This document shows, one piece after another, positions 48,160 to 58,472 of a stretch of DNA of 64,000 nucleotides. The notes below the pieces were generated by a model that was not told the DNA's origin, searched no databases, and worked only from the letters and a program-made list of their open reading frames with translations. Within the stretch, counting starts at the first letter, position 1, and each line of letters starts with the position of its first letter. Origin of the DNA: a virus. The translations under genes were made by a program, and so were the position numbers. The stretch spans positions 64,001 through 128,000 of the IMG/VR virus record IMGVR_UViG_3300050144_000109, one strand, 5' to 3'.

Positions 48160-49827
48160 TCAGTAAATTATGGCAGCGGCCAGCATCGCAGCAGTCGGCA
48201 CCGCGACCCTGCTCGCATCCGCCCCGGTGTCGTTCAGGTGAATGCCGTCACCCGTGTACCCGGCTTTCCAATATCCGCCCGTGCCCGCCGTCTGTTGACC
48301 AGAGACGAGGATCAGCGGTGTTTCGTTGCTATTGACTTCAGATTGAATGCATGGGTCCGACAGAAAAACTTTCACTCCTCGGCAGAATGTGGATACCCAT
48401 GCGGTCAAGTCCGTCGCGCGCAGCCAGTTATTGATTGCCACGCGCGTCGTTTCCCAGGAACGAACCGTCTGGGCTGAAGCAGAAGTCCACGCTCCGGTGG
48501 TGCGAGGAAGGATCGTGGCTACGGAAAAATTCCGACATGCCGACATCCGTATAATCCACTTCTTCAGCTCGTCTTGATACCCGGCAAGCGTCGTAATGGT
48601 GAGAGCCTCCAAGTCGTTTGTCGCGACGTGCAGAAAAATACCATCGACGTATCGCGCCACGATTCCGCAGTACACGTCATAACGGTTTGTGTTGAAGAGG
48701 GCAGATCCGTCGATTCCATTTACAGAATACCCACACCCTCCCGCAGTATCGAGGGCGCGAGCAATATACCCGACGAGGCCAGTAGTTCCATAGCCGTTTG
48801 AGATACTATCGCCCATGATCCCAAAAACAGGAGTTGGGTTACGCATGATTCCGGTGATTAGTGATGGACCATAGCACCGAGCGCCCCCAGTGTTTGCACC
48901 AAGCGTATCCGAAAGTGTCGTTGTGGCGTCTGCGCCGGTCGTCACTGTGGTGCCGGTGACAAGGTCTGTAGTTTTTCCATTGCTCGGGAACGTATATGTG
49001 TACGGCCATTTGTTACCGCTGGCCGCAGCCTTATGAACTCTCAAAAAATATGTTGTTCCCGCAAGTAGAGGATTAGATTGCGGCAACGACTCGATATAGC
49101 CGAATTCTCGAAGAACTGTCCCGCTCTTCGTCGAACCAGTAATTGGGTTCTCGGTGTACGACGGAAAACTGACCTGATTGAGTTGGCTCGAAGCTTCCAA
49201 CGCAGCTCGGATCTTCAAATCTCCGGCAACACCTGGGAAGCCGGACGATACAATGGTACCGTTGACAAATACATACGAGATGTCGCTGCAGTCAGCAAAC
49301 ACGGTAAATCCAATTCGGTCGGTGCTGCTGACTTGAGTCGTGCCGTTTGACTGCGCTCCACCCTGAGGGCGGAAGCCACCGAGGCTTGAGACAATGCGAC
49401 GGCGAGGTATAGTCCCTGCCACGCTCGATTGAAAAGCAACTTGTTGAGCAGCCGTGCCGGCAGCGAAAGCTGCCTGCATTGTCGACAGGTCACTGGGTCC
49501 TGTAGGTCCCACAGGTCCAGCAACACCCTGGATGCCTTGGACGCCCGCAGGACCAGTGAGGCCGATCGGACCTTGGGGACCTGTGGGACCCGTTGCACCA
49601 CCGGCACCCTGAGCACCTGTGGCTCCCGTAGGGCCTTGTGGTCCAGCAGGTCCTACAGGGCCCTGCACGCCTTGCGGTCCTTGAGGACCGGTACCACTGA
49701 CCCCAGTCAATCCGGTGATCTGTGACGCAGGCAAGCGCAGATCACTGAGCTTCAGCAAGTAGGGTGGCTTGCCTGTCCTGACGGCATAAATCTTGTCCGG
49801 TTGAATGATAGGGAGAGTCGTTGCCAT
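48160..49827 (-). CDS. Fibre-like protein: shared N-terminal peptide + collagen stalk + SGNH esterase domain
   Basis: Start [11 protein letters not shown] after AAGGA; GXY repeats; MGDSI, ATNDL and GDGIH SGNH blocks. Confidence 0.85.
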   Translation of the reverse strand: MATTLPIIQPDKIYAVRTGKPPYLLKLSDLRLPASQITGLTGVSGTGPQGPQGVQGPVGPAGPQGPTGATGAQGAGGATGPTGPQGPIGLTGPAGVQGIQGVAGPVGPTGPSDLSTMQAAFAAGTAAQQVAFQSSVAGTIPRRRIVSSLGGFRPQGGAQSNGTTQVSSTDRIGFTVFADCSDISYVFVNGTIVSSGFPGVAGDLKIRAALEASSQLNQVSFPSYTENPITGSTKSGTVLREFGYIESLPQSNPLLAGTTYFLRVHKAAASGNKWPYTYTFPSNGKTTDLVTGTTVTTGADATTTLSDTLGANTGGARCYGPSLITGIMRNPTPVFGIMGDSISNGYGTTGLVGYIARALDTAGGCGYSVNGIDGSALFNTNRYDVYCGIVARYVDGIFLHVATNDLEALTITTLAGYQDELKKWIIRMSACRNFSVATILPRTTGAWTSASAQTVRSWETTRVAINNWLRATDLTAWVSTFCRGVKVFLSDPCIQSEVNSNETPLILVSGQQTAGTGGYWKAGYTGDGIHLNDTGADASRVAVPTAAMLAAAIIY

Positions 49828-49883
49828 GATAATAATTCCTTGAATAAAGAGAGAAATAAGAATACCCAAAAGATTGTTAAATC

Positions 49884-50639
49884 TTATTTCCACTTACTGA
49901 AGTGCGGCGCATTGTCCTGTGTGATTCTCCAACCCAATGACTGGAACAGCTCCAAACCAAAACCTTTGCTGGACTCAGTCGCCACATTGTTCACCAAAGG
50001 CTTCACCGTACTCATGAAGTGTGATTTCTCAAACTCCATGTCCACGTAAGATTCCAGTCCAGGTGCTCGGTACTTGCGTGCCACTGCCAAGCCAGACTCA
50101 ATCACTGCATCAAACGTCACAATCGTTCTCAGAATGCGCTGCTTGGTACCACCTGTCCAAGAATCCTCAGTGAACGCACGAATAGAAAAACAAGTATTGT
50201 CTTTCGGGTTGTTGAACGAGTCCTCCAGAGCAGGACCAAACGGACCAGTCGGCCTCACTTTGGCCATGATCGCAATGATGGGCTTGCCACTCTCATCCTT
50301 GATGGAAGTCGCATCCAACCAAATCTCAGACAAGTGTGCTGCCACATTCTGCTCTTCAATGGTCATGACGCGGTTGGCATACTGCTCTTGTGTCATGCCA
50401 GGCAAAGGCTTCGGGTGCCCCATCTCGCTTTTCAAGACACCGGCTTTGACACGCCGCATGAACGTAGAAGAAGATTCAAACAAATCCTTGGCACCTTCAT
50501 ACGTGTAGTATTCACCAGACGAGTTGAACACATTCAAAGCACCCACAGGGAACTCACGGTAGCCGTTTTCGTCCTTAGGGAGAATGCCTTGCTTACCACC
50601 TTTCAGTGCGGTACAAGAGAATCGAACTTGGTTTTGCAT
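49884..50639 (-). CDS. Prohead (head maturation) protease, phiKZ gp175-like
   Basis: EMGHP and CFSIR catalytic-type motifs, IVTFDAV; synteny. Confidence 0.85.
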   Translation of the reverse strand: MQNQVRFSCTALKGGKQGILPKDENGYREFPVGALNVFNSSGEYYTYEGAKDLFESSSTFMRRVKAGVLKSEMGHPKPLPGMTQEQYANRVMTIEEQNVAAHLSEIWLDATSIKDESGKPIIAIMAKVRPTGPFGPALEDSFNNPKDNTCFSIRAFTEDSWTGGTKQRILRTIVTFDAVIESGLAVARKYRAPGLESYVDMEFEKSHFMSTVKPLVNNVATESSKGFGLELFQSLGWRITQDNAPHFSKWK

Positions 50640-50710
50640 GACTGCGACTCACAAAAAGTAAATGATAATAAATCAAACGGAAATACAGGTCATTTGATTA
50701 GTTTTCACGG

Positions 50711-50752
50711 CATATACCCTCCTAGAGTGTAGAAACTCTAGGAGGGTATATG
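50711..50752. terminator. 18-bp perfect hairpin whose stem ends are CATA/TATG
   Basis: catataccctcctagagt-6nt-actctaggagggtatatg. Confidence 0.65.
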
Positions 50753-50762
50753 TTCTTCATAT

Positions 50763-51491
50763 TTACTTTCTGAGCAATGACTCAATACGTTCAGTTCGAT
50801 CTGACGGGTTGTTCAAAGCCGCTACAATGCCAGTGGACATGTAACTACCACCCATGCGGTTGGTCGTATTGGTAGGAGCAAACGTCACGTCTCTGAGTGA
50901 AATATAAGCAGGTGGTCTTGTCTTGACATCACTGGCTGACTTCACAGTCGAGCGATAGTACTTGGTCTTGTCTTTGGCGTCTCTGGCCACAATTGAAGCA
51001 ATGAGTTCTGTGACTTCATTGTTGCTGCCGATGTTGGCACCAGCATAGTCTTTCGACGTATCAAAGATAAAAGCCAAGTCATCATAACTGAAATACCAAG
51101 GCACATTTCCCTTAGAGAAGACTTCGTCATAAATCTTAGAGACGAGGGAGTCTGTCTTCACAATAGACGTTGACTTCATTACCGTCGATCCAGCAGGGAA
51201 GATGAACTCGAAGTAATCGTCTTGATTGATCTTGACTCTCACTGTTTCAGTCGGGTCAATGTTCAACATGGCGTTCACCATGCTGATGGCATACTGAGCA
51301 TCTCCCACAATGATGGCATAGAGTCCTACGATGTAGTTGTCCACACCAATGTTGGCCAAGCCACGCTCAGCAAAGCGACAAGGCAGGTGAATCTTACAGC
51401 CTGTCTTGGTTACCACACGACCATCCGGTAGTGTCACCAGCGTCTGAATGACCGCTTGTGGGTCTCTTTTGAGAGATGCAATATTGATCAT
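50763..51491 (-). CDS. phiKZ gp176-like protein (probable small virion RNAP subunit)
   Basis: 242 aa with GNVPWYFSYDDL and GSYM motifs; synteny between the protease and the gp177-like gene. Confidence 0.65.
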   Translation of the reverse strand: MINIASLKRDPQAVIQTLVTLPDGRVVTKTGCKIHLPCRFAERGLANIGVDNYIVGLYAIIVGDAQYAISMVNAMLNIDPTETVRVKINQDDYFEFIFPAGSTVMKSTSIVKTDSLVSKIYDEVFSKGNVPWYFSYDDLAFIFDTSKDYAGANIGSNNEVTELIASIVARDAKDKTKYYRSTVKSASDVKTRPPAYISLRDVTFAPTNTTNRMGGSYMSTGIVAALNNPSDRTERIESLLRK

Positions 51492-51509
51492 TGTTTACTT
51501 AACCTTTTT

Positions 51510-52970
51510 TCAAAGTGACTTCACAGTCAATTGGTCTCGAACATAATCAGTGACGTACTCGATCAGTGAGAGCAGGGCTGCTTCTTTCACGTCCAGATCA
51601 GGATTCTTCGCACAAGCATCATCGATACCCTTCAGAATCTTACCAGCGTCCGTGTAGTAGAATACGCAGTCACACACCAATGTCGTTGAGAGTTCCCACA
51701 GATTGTCAAACGCTTTGTCTGAGATGTTCATGCAAACATCCACAATGCGTTTCTTGAACTCAGTGTACTCTGGCAGATTCTCATCCACTTCAGCACAGTC
51801 TTTCACTGTAGCGTAGCACCCCTTGAAGTTCTCAGCCACCAAGCGTCTAGTCCGGTTGATAGCAATCTCTCGGCAGTAGCTGTACTTCTTGTTGGCCAGC
51901 GTCGTCTGCAGCATAGCGGTGTACGCGTTCCAGCGACGCTCCAATGCAGGACGATTCTCCTGGATCAAAGGCACGTGCAGAATCGGCGTAGGCATCAGTG
52001 TAGACGCCAGCACCATGGCATTGTTGCCACCATTCTCCACCCAAGAACGGTAGACTTCACCGATGACTGTGATCTGTGTGGGGTTGTACGTCTTGATGAG
52101 AAGCTGTGTCTTGACAAAAGACTCGTACTCTTCAATGGCAAACACCAGTCGCGCTGCTGCTTCTGACTTCAAAGCAAATAGATTTTGGTTGAAGTTACCG
52201 CGAGAGATTTGACTGCCAGCATCCGGCGTATCGTGCAGCTTTTCACACAGCAAGAACACGGCCAAACACACATCCAAACCATCTGCACCCAGCTTCAGAG
52301 ATTGGAAATCACTTCCATTGGGCTGACCAGTAAAACAAGAAGTCCACACCAGTTGCAGGAAAGCATCCCCCTTGGTAGCATACCAGTTGGTAAGTTCTTT
52401 ATCCAAACCAAACTGTGAAACCGTCATGAGTTCTTTGAGCTCAGTGGGTGACTTATCACCAAACCCACACTGCACGTACCTGACGGTCGTGACCGGCTTG
52501 TTCTTATAAGCTTGCAGCTCTTCACGCAGACCAGCGTCTGTCAAAGGAACAGGCAGATCGTACGTGACAATCTTGGTGTCTTTGTAGGGATCCAGTTGAA
52601 TAGAAGAGACGTCCTTCTTGATTTCTTCAGCCAGCTCTTCAATCAGAGGGCGCACCACGTTCTTGGCAAACGAGATGTGTTGACGAACATACTTGGCGAT
52701 GCTCATCTTCAGAGCATCCAGCTTCTCAGTATGTGGAACAACTTCACCGCGGCTACTACCACCAAAGTTGTTGGAAGCTCCCACGATCAAATTCACAGAA
52801 GGATCATACTGCTTGGCTGCGCCAGAAACAGACTGCTCTCCCAGCTTCAAGAAGTTGCAAGCAACCAGCTCTCCCACAGGCGTGCCAGCTTGTGCACCCA
52901 CTTGCAGGCCACGTGCATCAAACTCTTGTGTCAGTAAAATAGCTGCAGTGACAGCGGTGTCATGAATCAT
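51510..52970 (-). CDS. phiKZ gp177-like virion/head protein
   Basis: 486 aa with FAKNVVRP motif; synteny. Confidence 0.65.
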   Translation of the reverse strand: MIHDTAVTAAILLTQEFDARGLQVGAQAGTPVGELVACNFLKLGEQSVSGAAKQYDPSVNLIVGASNNFGGSSRGEVVPHTEKLDALKMSIAKYVRQHISFAKNVVRPLIEELAEEIKKDVSSIQLDPYKDTKIVTYDLPVPLTDAGLREELQAYKNKPVTTVRYVQCGFGDKSPTELKELMTVSQFGLDKELTNWYATKGDAFLQLVWTSCFTGQPNGSDFQSLKLGADGLDVCLAVFLLCEKLHDTPDAGSQISRGNFNQNLFALKSEAAARLVFAIEEYESFVKTQLLIKTYNPTQITVIGEVYRSWVENGGNNAMVLASTLMPTPILHVPLIQENRPALERRWNAYTAMLQTTLANKKYSYCREIAINRTRRLVAENFKGCYATVKDCAEVDENLPEYTEFKKRIVDVCMNISDKAFDNLWELSTTLVCDCVFYYTDAGKILKGIDDACAKNPDLDVKEAALLSLIEYVTDYVRDQLTVKSL

Positions 52971-53007
52971 GATCAGTACTCTTTTCTTTTGGTTGATTTA
53001 AAAGGGA

Positions 53008-53211
53008 TTACTGCTTAGCAGACTGGCTAAGGTAAGTGGAGAAGTTGCGTGCCAGACGCGATGACACAATATTGTCCATGCTCGCACGACTCACCACGGA
53101 GCCGTTGAGCATGTCAGAGACTTCATTGCCAGCGACTTCACTGATGATTTCTGTGGCCAGCTCGATGGCATTGGCCAGCGCCATGACTGTGTTTTCACTT
53201 TGAGGAGACAT
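53008..53211 (-). CDS. Small conserved hypothetical protein
   Basis: Likely start MSPQSE at 53211; lies between the gp177-like and vRNAP beta genes. Confidence 0.6.
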   Translation of the reverse strand: MSPQSENTVMALANAIELATEIISEVAGNEVSDMLNGSVVSRASMDNIVSSRLARNFSTYLSQSAKQ

Positions 53212-53302
53212 GGTAGTCGACTTTCTTGGATTGGAAAAAAGAGAAGATAGTTTGCCTGTAAAGCAGCTCAAAGAATGAACGCCTATATAAAAGACATAAA
53301 AG

Positions 53303-53353
53303 AAGTACTCCATGCTACCAGCCGCTTACACGGTTTGGTAGCATGGAGTACTT
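53303..53353 (-). terminator. 18-bp hairpin after vRNAP beta with a CTTTTATGTC tail
   Basis: aagtactccatgctacca/tggtagcatggagtactt. Confidence 0.7.
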
Positions 53354-53365
53354 TAAGTCAGTTTG

Positions 53366-56300
53366 TTATTTGTTGTAGATTTCAATCGCTCGCTTGGCAA
53401 TCACTTCCAATAAGGTATTGGTCGTGCCAATCAGCGCAGGGGAGTTCACAATCCGGTCGTCCACTGAACGAGCTCCGAAGATGGCATCGATGGTAGAGCC
53501 TTCTTCTGTGATGTAGTCACCTTCCATTACTTCAGAGAACACCGTCTTCAACTGGTTTGCAAACACACCTTTATCACCCACACCAGCACTCACGTTGGAG
53601 GTGATGTAAACCTTGATGCACACGCAGTCCAATCCAAGAGGAGTGCCGTCGATTCTGAATCCACCGTCTACACTCCCGGTGAATGCTTTCCTGTTCAAAG
53701 ACTTGGCTTTGTCTCTGAATTGCTTGTCACTGGCAGTACAGAGCGTCTGCAATGATTCACTCATGTCTTCTTTGTCACCATGGTAGTAGACTTCAATTCT
53801 CTCGATGATCCCCTTCACGCCTGCTTTTGGAGTTTGTGATCCCACCACCTTGAGGGTATCTAACGTGGCTTCGTCAAACACTTTGGCATTGGCTGTGATG
53901 CTGTCCTGAACGATGCAAAGAATAGAATCATAGTCTACTCGGTCACCAGGCTTCATGATTCTAGAAACAGTTTGTTCGAAATCCACCACGATCTGTTTGA
54001 CTTTGGTGGTTTTGGTCTTGAGCTTTTCTGCAATTCTGGGAGAGATGCAAGAAGCGTCTTCTAGCGTCTGGGTAGACTCCCAAAGTGCTGTCTTGACGTT
54101 GACTGCATTCTTCCAGATCACTCGCTTGTTGTTGAAAGCATCAGGTTCAAAGAAACCTGTGTTGTAGAGAATAGCATCCCCTACTGCAATCTTGTCTCCT
54201 GCTTTTAAAGGGGAGTGGATCTCATGTGGAATGACCAAGCCTGCTGCGTTGCCGTAGCGCCTACCTAATTCATACCCTTTGACTTCCTTGTCATCGTATT
54301 CAACAATGATGCCCTTGTCTGTGATGGACTGCACCACACCTGGCTTCTTGGCAGTGATGGCAAACACGTCTTCACTGCGGTCAGCCACGATGTTCTCGTA
54401 CCCCGTGCGCAGTGTAGGCTGATGGTACCCATCACAAGCAATCGAATGCGATTGCTGAATGGCCACAAAGTTGACTCGTTTTCCCGTGGTGTTCAGCCGT
54501 GTTCGCTAGACACGACCCGTGCGTTTAAGCACCGCTCATGGGTTTCCCATGAGACCAGACTATCTCTTCTTCCTTTTGTTCAAGGGAGCTTCCTGTTTCC
54601 TCGCCGCTTGGCAAGTACGGGGTGATAAATCCCCTAGTCGTTGAACTCGCACCATAGACTTGTAGTCCTTAGGTGATCAGCTGCTGATTGCCCAATCTCG
54701 GTGATTTTCAAACCTTGGCTTTGTCTTTCGACTCGCAGTGGTTCACCAGAGCTCTACAGGACTTCCCAGCAATTAAGGAAGATTCACTGTACCTTCTCAA
54801 GTACAGCGGACTAATGTTAATCATCACGATCTGAAAATGGCGCCAGCAGTGCTGAGGTAGATACCAAGGAAGTGGCACCGTCCTTGGCCATGTCAAAGTC
54901 AGTAGACGTCCCTAACAATGAATTAAACTTAGGGTTTGCAGACAGGTACACATTGATGGCCACGTCAGATGAGTCTACAGTAGACTCCGACACCGTACCC
55001 ATGTCGTTTCTATGGTAAGCGCGTGTATGTTTGACCATGCTGACTTTACTGCGGCCACCCACACCTGCATACGTCACTGCTTCGACTTCTTTCAAAGCTT
55101 CAATTGGATTAATCTCGTTGGTCTGTGATTTAGAAGGATCTTCTACAATCTTCTTCCAGACTGCGTACGGGTTCATCTCAATCTTCTTATTAGACTTGCC
55201 CAATGATCCATTGTGTTGTCTGAGCGACTGGATGATCTCTGAGTACACAGCACCAGAGATTCTCTCATAACCCTTGATTCTCATCTCACGAGGATCCAGT
55301 TCATCAGGATGTTTGTCATCCAGCAGCATCTCGCAAGCTTTCAACAACAGGCCTTGGAATGTCTCTGGTAATTTCAATTGCTCCAAGAGTTGCTTGGTGA
55401 TGGGATCAATGAACATCTGGTTCATCAAGTCCATCTCTCTCAAGTACCGTGCTGAAAGCTTATTCGATTCCAGCAAGTTCAAGTAAATCGCACGTTTGTC
55501 AAAACTGTACACTGAGAACAAACGAATGACTCTGTGGTAGTCTAAGAAGCCACCCAACACCATGGCAGCAATTCTGTCGTCTCTAGAGAACACCAAAGTC
55601 TCATCGGAGAACACCAGTGCATACTCACTAGGTTCCAGTGACACTCGCTTACCTGCTTCTACCCGTCTAGGGGTTACACGCAAAGACTTCATGAGTTCTG
55701 TGAAACCCATGTAGTATGCCAACACCACGCCTACAGGAACATCCTTACCAAACACACCCACTTCAGCAAACTCAACAGGTGAGAAATCAGTAGGAATATT
55801 CAGAAACGATTCCAGTGTCCCAGCAGGCGTCATGGCTTCACCTACCAAAGTGTAGAGTGCGCCCATGCTGTCTAGTACCAAGTAAGCACCTTTCAAGTTC
55901 ATGCCTACCAGCAAGTTGCCTTGCTTGATGGTTTTCTCATAGAGCACAGGGTCTGCCAACTTTTGCATGGTCTCTTGTTCAAAGTAAAGCGTGTACCCCT
56001 TTGTAACAATGGACTTGAAACTGGTCGAGATGGCAGTGTAAGCTCTGGGTGCTTTGAGAGAAGGATCAAACACATCTGCAGGTGTGACTTGTGACAAGTC
56101 CTTGTCTTCTTGAGACAAAGCTTTGGTCATGATCTTGGCATTGAGCCAAGCACCGTAGTCATGTGTCTTCTTTCTTCCTCTGGTCACAAACGTCTTGCCA
56201 AAGTAACTTGTCATGGCTACTCGGTTAGGCGCTAGTTTTCTTAAGGGGAGCATCCCTTACAATGGACCATATCACCACCCTCTCAAAATCTTTGAGTTAG

Positions 56301-58471
56301 GGTGCCTACCGTTTCGGCTGTTGAGTTTCATCAACAGAATCATTGCTGATTACGCATATCGAGATGCGCCCTACTCTACTCGCTTTAATCGCTTCATTCA
56401 AGCAACCACCTGACTTTATACAGATGTGATTATCCAGCACCAAAAAGCACCAGAATAGCTTTCGATGGCCTCTGAGCACACTCCGTATACCACAAGGATA
56501 CCTTAGGAGCTTCGCTGCGGATCATGTCTTTTAACAACGTTTTAACCAAGCCTGATTGGATCATTACCCGACAGGTATTGCACTACGTTTCCATGTGCAA
56601 GTGGTAGCTGTTAAAATTTTAAGACGTTTTCCCGCACTTAGGTAGGTTTTCTTTTACCGTATTTCTACGAGTAAGGGGACCATGCTTGGCTTTTAATCCC
56701 CGCGCTGTTTACGCATCCGGTACTTCGTACCAGAAGCTTCGAAGGTACCGTCCTCTTGAATCTTAGGAATCTTGAACTTGATCGTACTGGGAGCACCCTC
56801 CACAGGAATCAGCTTCACCGTGTGGTCCTCATAAGAGCCCATGATGTCTTCAGTCAGCTCAATCTGATAGTCTGCAACAGCCACCCCAGCTTTTTGAATC
56901 TGAGTGACCATGGATGCAGTATGTCTAGGCAGAATCTCTTTGATGTACTGCTTGTCAAACCCCACCAGTGTACTGGACAACATGGTCTTGTCCACCACTG
57001 TTTTCTCATCCAAGAAGCTCTGGGTCTTCTTCAGAATCAATTGCTCAGGACTCACCTGAATCTGCTCACCCAAAGTCCCTTCACCATAAGGGTTCTTGAT
57101 GTTCTTATAAGCCCCAGCCAAAGCAGTGAAGCGCTTGTACTCACCAGCCGTCAGTAAGCCGTCATCAGCCAATCTTTCACATACATCCAACACCCCCTTC
57201 TCCAAAGGGGCGTCCTTGACTGCCATGATGGTTCTAAAGTCCACACCGGAAGACTCCACTTCTAAGTCAGACTTGTGGGCAATCTCGTTGAGCGCAGCAA
57301 GTTCCTCATCGAGAATTCGTTCTTCCTCAACCATCCTCGCTTTCTTCTGCTCAGGCGTTTCGTCTTCTTCCTCTTTGTCTAACTCTTCCACTGATTTGAG
57401 TTGTACATCAAACGCAGTATTGAGCTGCTTCTTACCCAAGATAGAGTTACTGTCTTCATCAACGGCAGGAAAGTCAAACTCTCCATTGTCCATTGCATCA
57501 GTCTCCATGTCAGACTTGTTCTGCAAGACGCCTGCGACTCCTTTGGCGTCCTGAGCGTCAGAGGTGTTCGCAGTCGCAGTGCGCGCTTCCATGACCCGCA
57601 TCAGAAAACGAAGAAAGCGTTTCTGTACTTGCTCAGCCCCTACAGCACCGGGCAATACCACTTGAGCTGTATTCTCAGGCGTGTTCTCTTTGTTCTCATC
57701 TAGCGCATTCAGTCTGAAAGCATCCAGATACCCTAGATTGATCAACGTCCACTTGCCAGTTTCTTGGTGCACCAAGTTGATCAGGTGAAGTTTGTTCCGA
57801 GGAATCTTAGAGAACAGACTCGTCTCACGGTCAGGACCTAACCACTTCCAAAGCTCCAATACCATCCAAGAGTTGACATCGTTGAAAATCTTCAGCAAAG
57901 GCTGAGATATGTTCTTGCTGGCAGCGTCTAGCTGAGCGATGCTAGGAAGGATCTTAGGAATGCCGCAGAGCAGGTACTGGTTCGATTCTACCAATGAAGC
58001 TACATTCGCCATCTCACGTGTGATCGCAGCGAATGTGTTGTGCCACTTGTAATACTCCGTGAAGACAGCCCGCACGTAGCGGTAGTTCTTTGCAATGAGA
58101 CAGTAGTTGTAGCAGATGAGAGTCTGCTGGTCTTTGGCTGTAGACTCTAGTGCACGCAACTGTCGCAGTCTGCGGTTCTTGTTGAGAAGCTCTCTCAGGA
58201 GTGTGCCTTCTGAGATGACTAGTTTTCTAGGAGGGCCTAACTCATCACCAACTTCATTGACGTTGTGCAGGAAGATGGATTTGGTCTGCCCGTTGAAGAT
58301 GAACTCGTCTGGTTCAGGACCCAGTGCAATTCCGTCGTAAGTGACATGGTGGTAGAGACTTCTGAGGGGCAAGCTCAAGTCTTTCAGGTCGTGCAAGATA
58401 GGTGTCATCAACAGTGAGAGCGTGCGGACACCGTACTTTCTAAAGTAGATGGCTTGATTCAGAGTGGTCAT
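53366..58471 (-). CDS. Virion RNA polymerase beta subunit (phiKZ gp178-like), spliced: 58471-56696, 56250-54820, 54484-53366; 1441 aa
   Basis: Joins give RKQRGD|LPLRK and DRDD|GKRVNFVAIQ (beta conserved region). EDA and GDKG motifs in exon3. Confidence 0.93.
54485..54819 (-). mobile_element. Group I intron (335 nt, no ORF) in vRNAP beta
   Basis: P1: GAU|UAA pairs with UUAGUC. P AAUUGCUGGGAA, Q AAUCAGCAGC, R GUUCAACGACUA, S AAGAGAUAGUC; terminal G. Confidence 0.93.
56251..56695 (-). mobile_element. Group I intron (445 nt, no ORF) in vRNAP beta
   Basis: P1: GGGGAU pairs with GUCCCC. P AAGUGCGGGAAA, Q GAUCCGCAGC, R CUCAGAGGCCA, S GAUAUGGUC; P3 CCUACC/GGUAGG; terminal G. Confidence 0.92.
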
Positions 58472-58472
58472 T

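Noticed and set aside
40630-49690. Repeated ggtccttg/gggcc units as a CRISPR array or DGR repeats
   Set aside because: They are collagen Gly-X-Y codons. There are no spacers, no reverse transcriptase and no adenine-specific variation.
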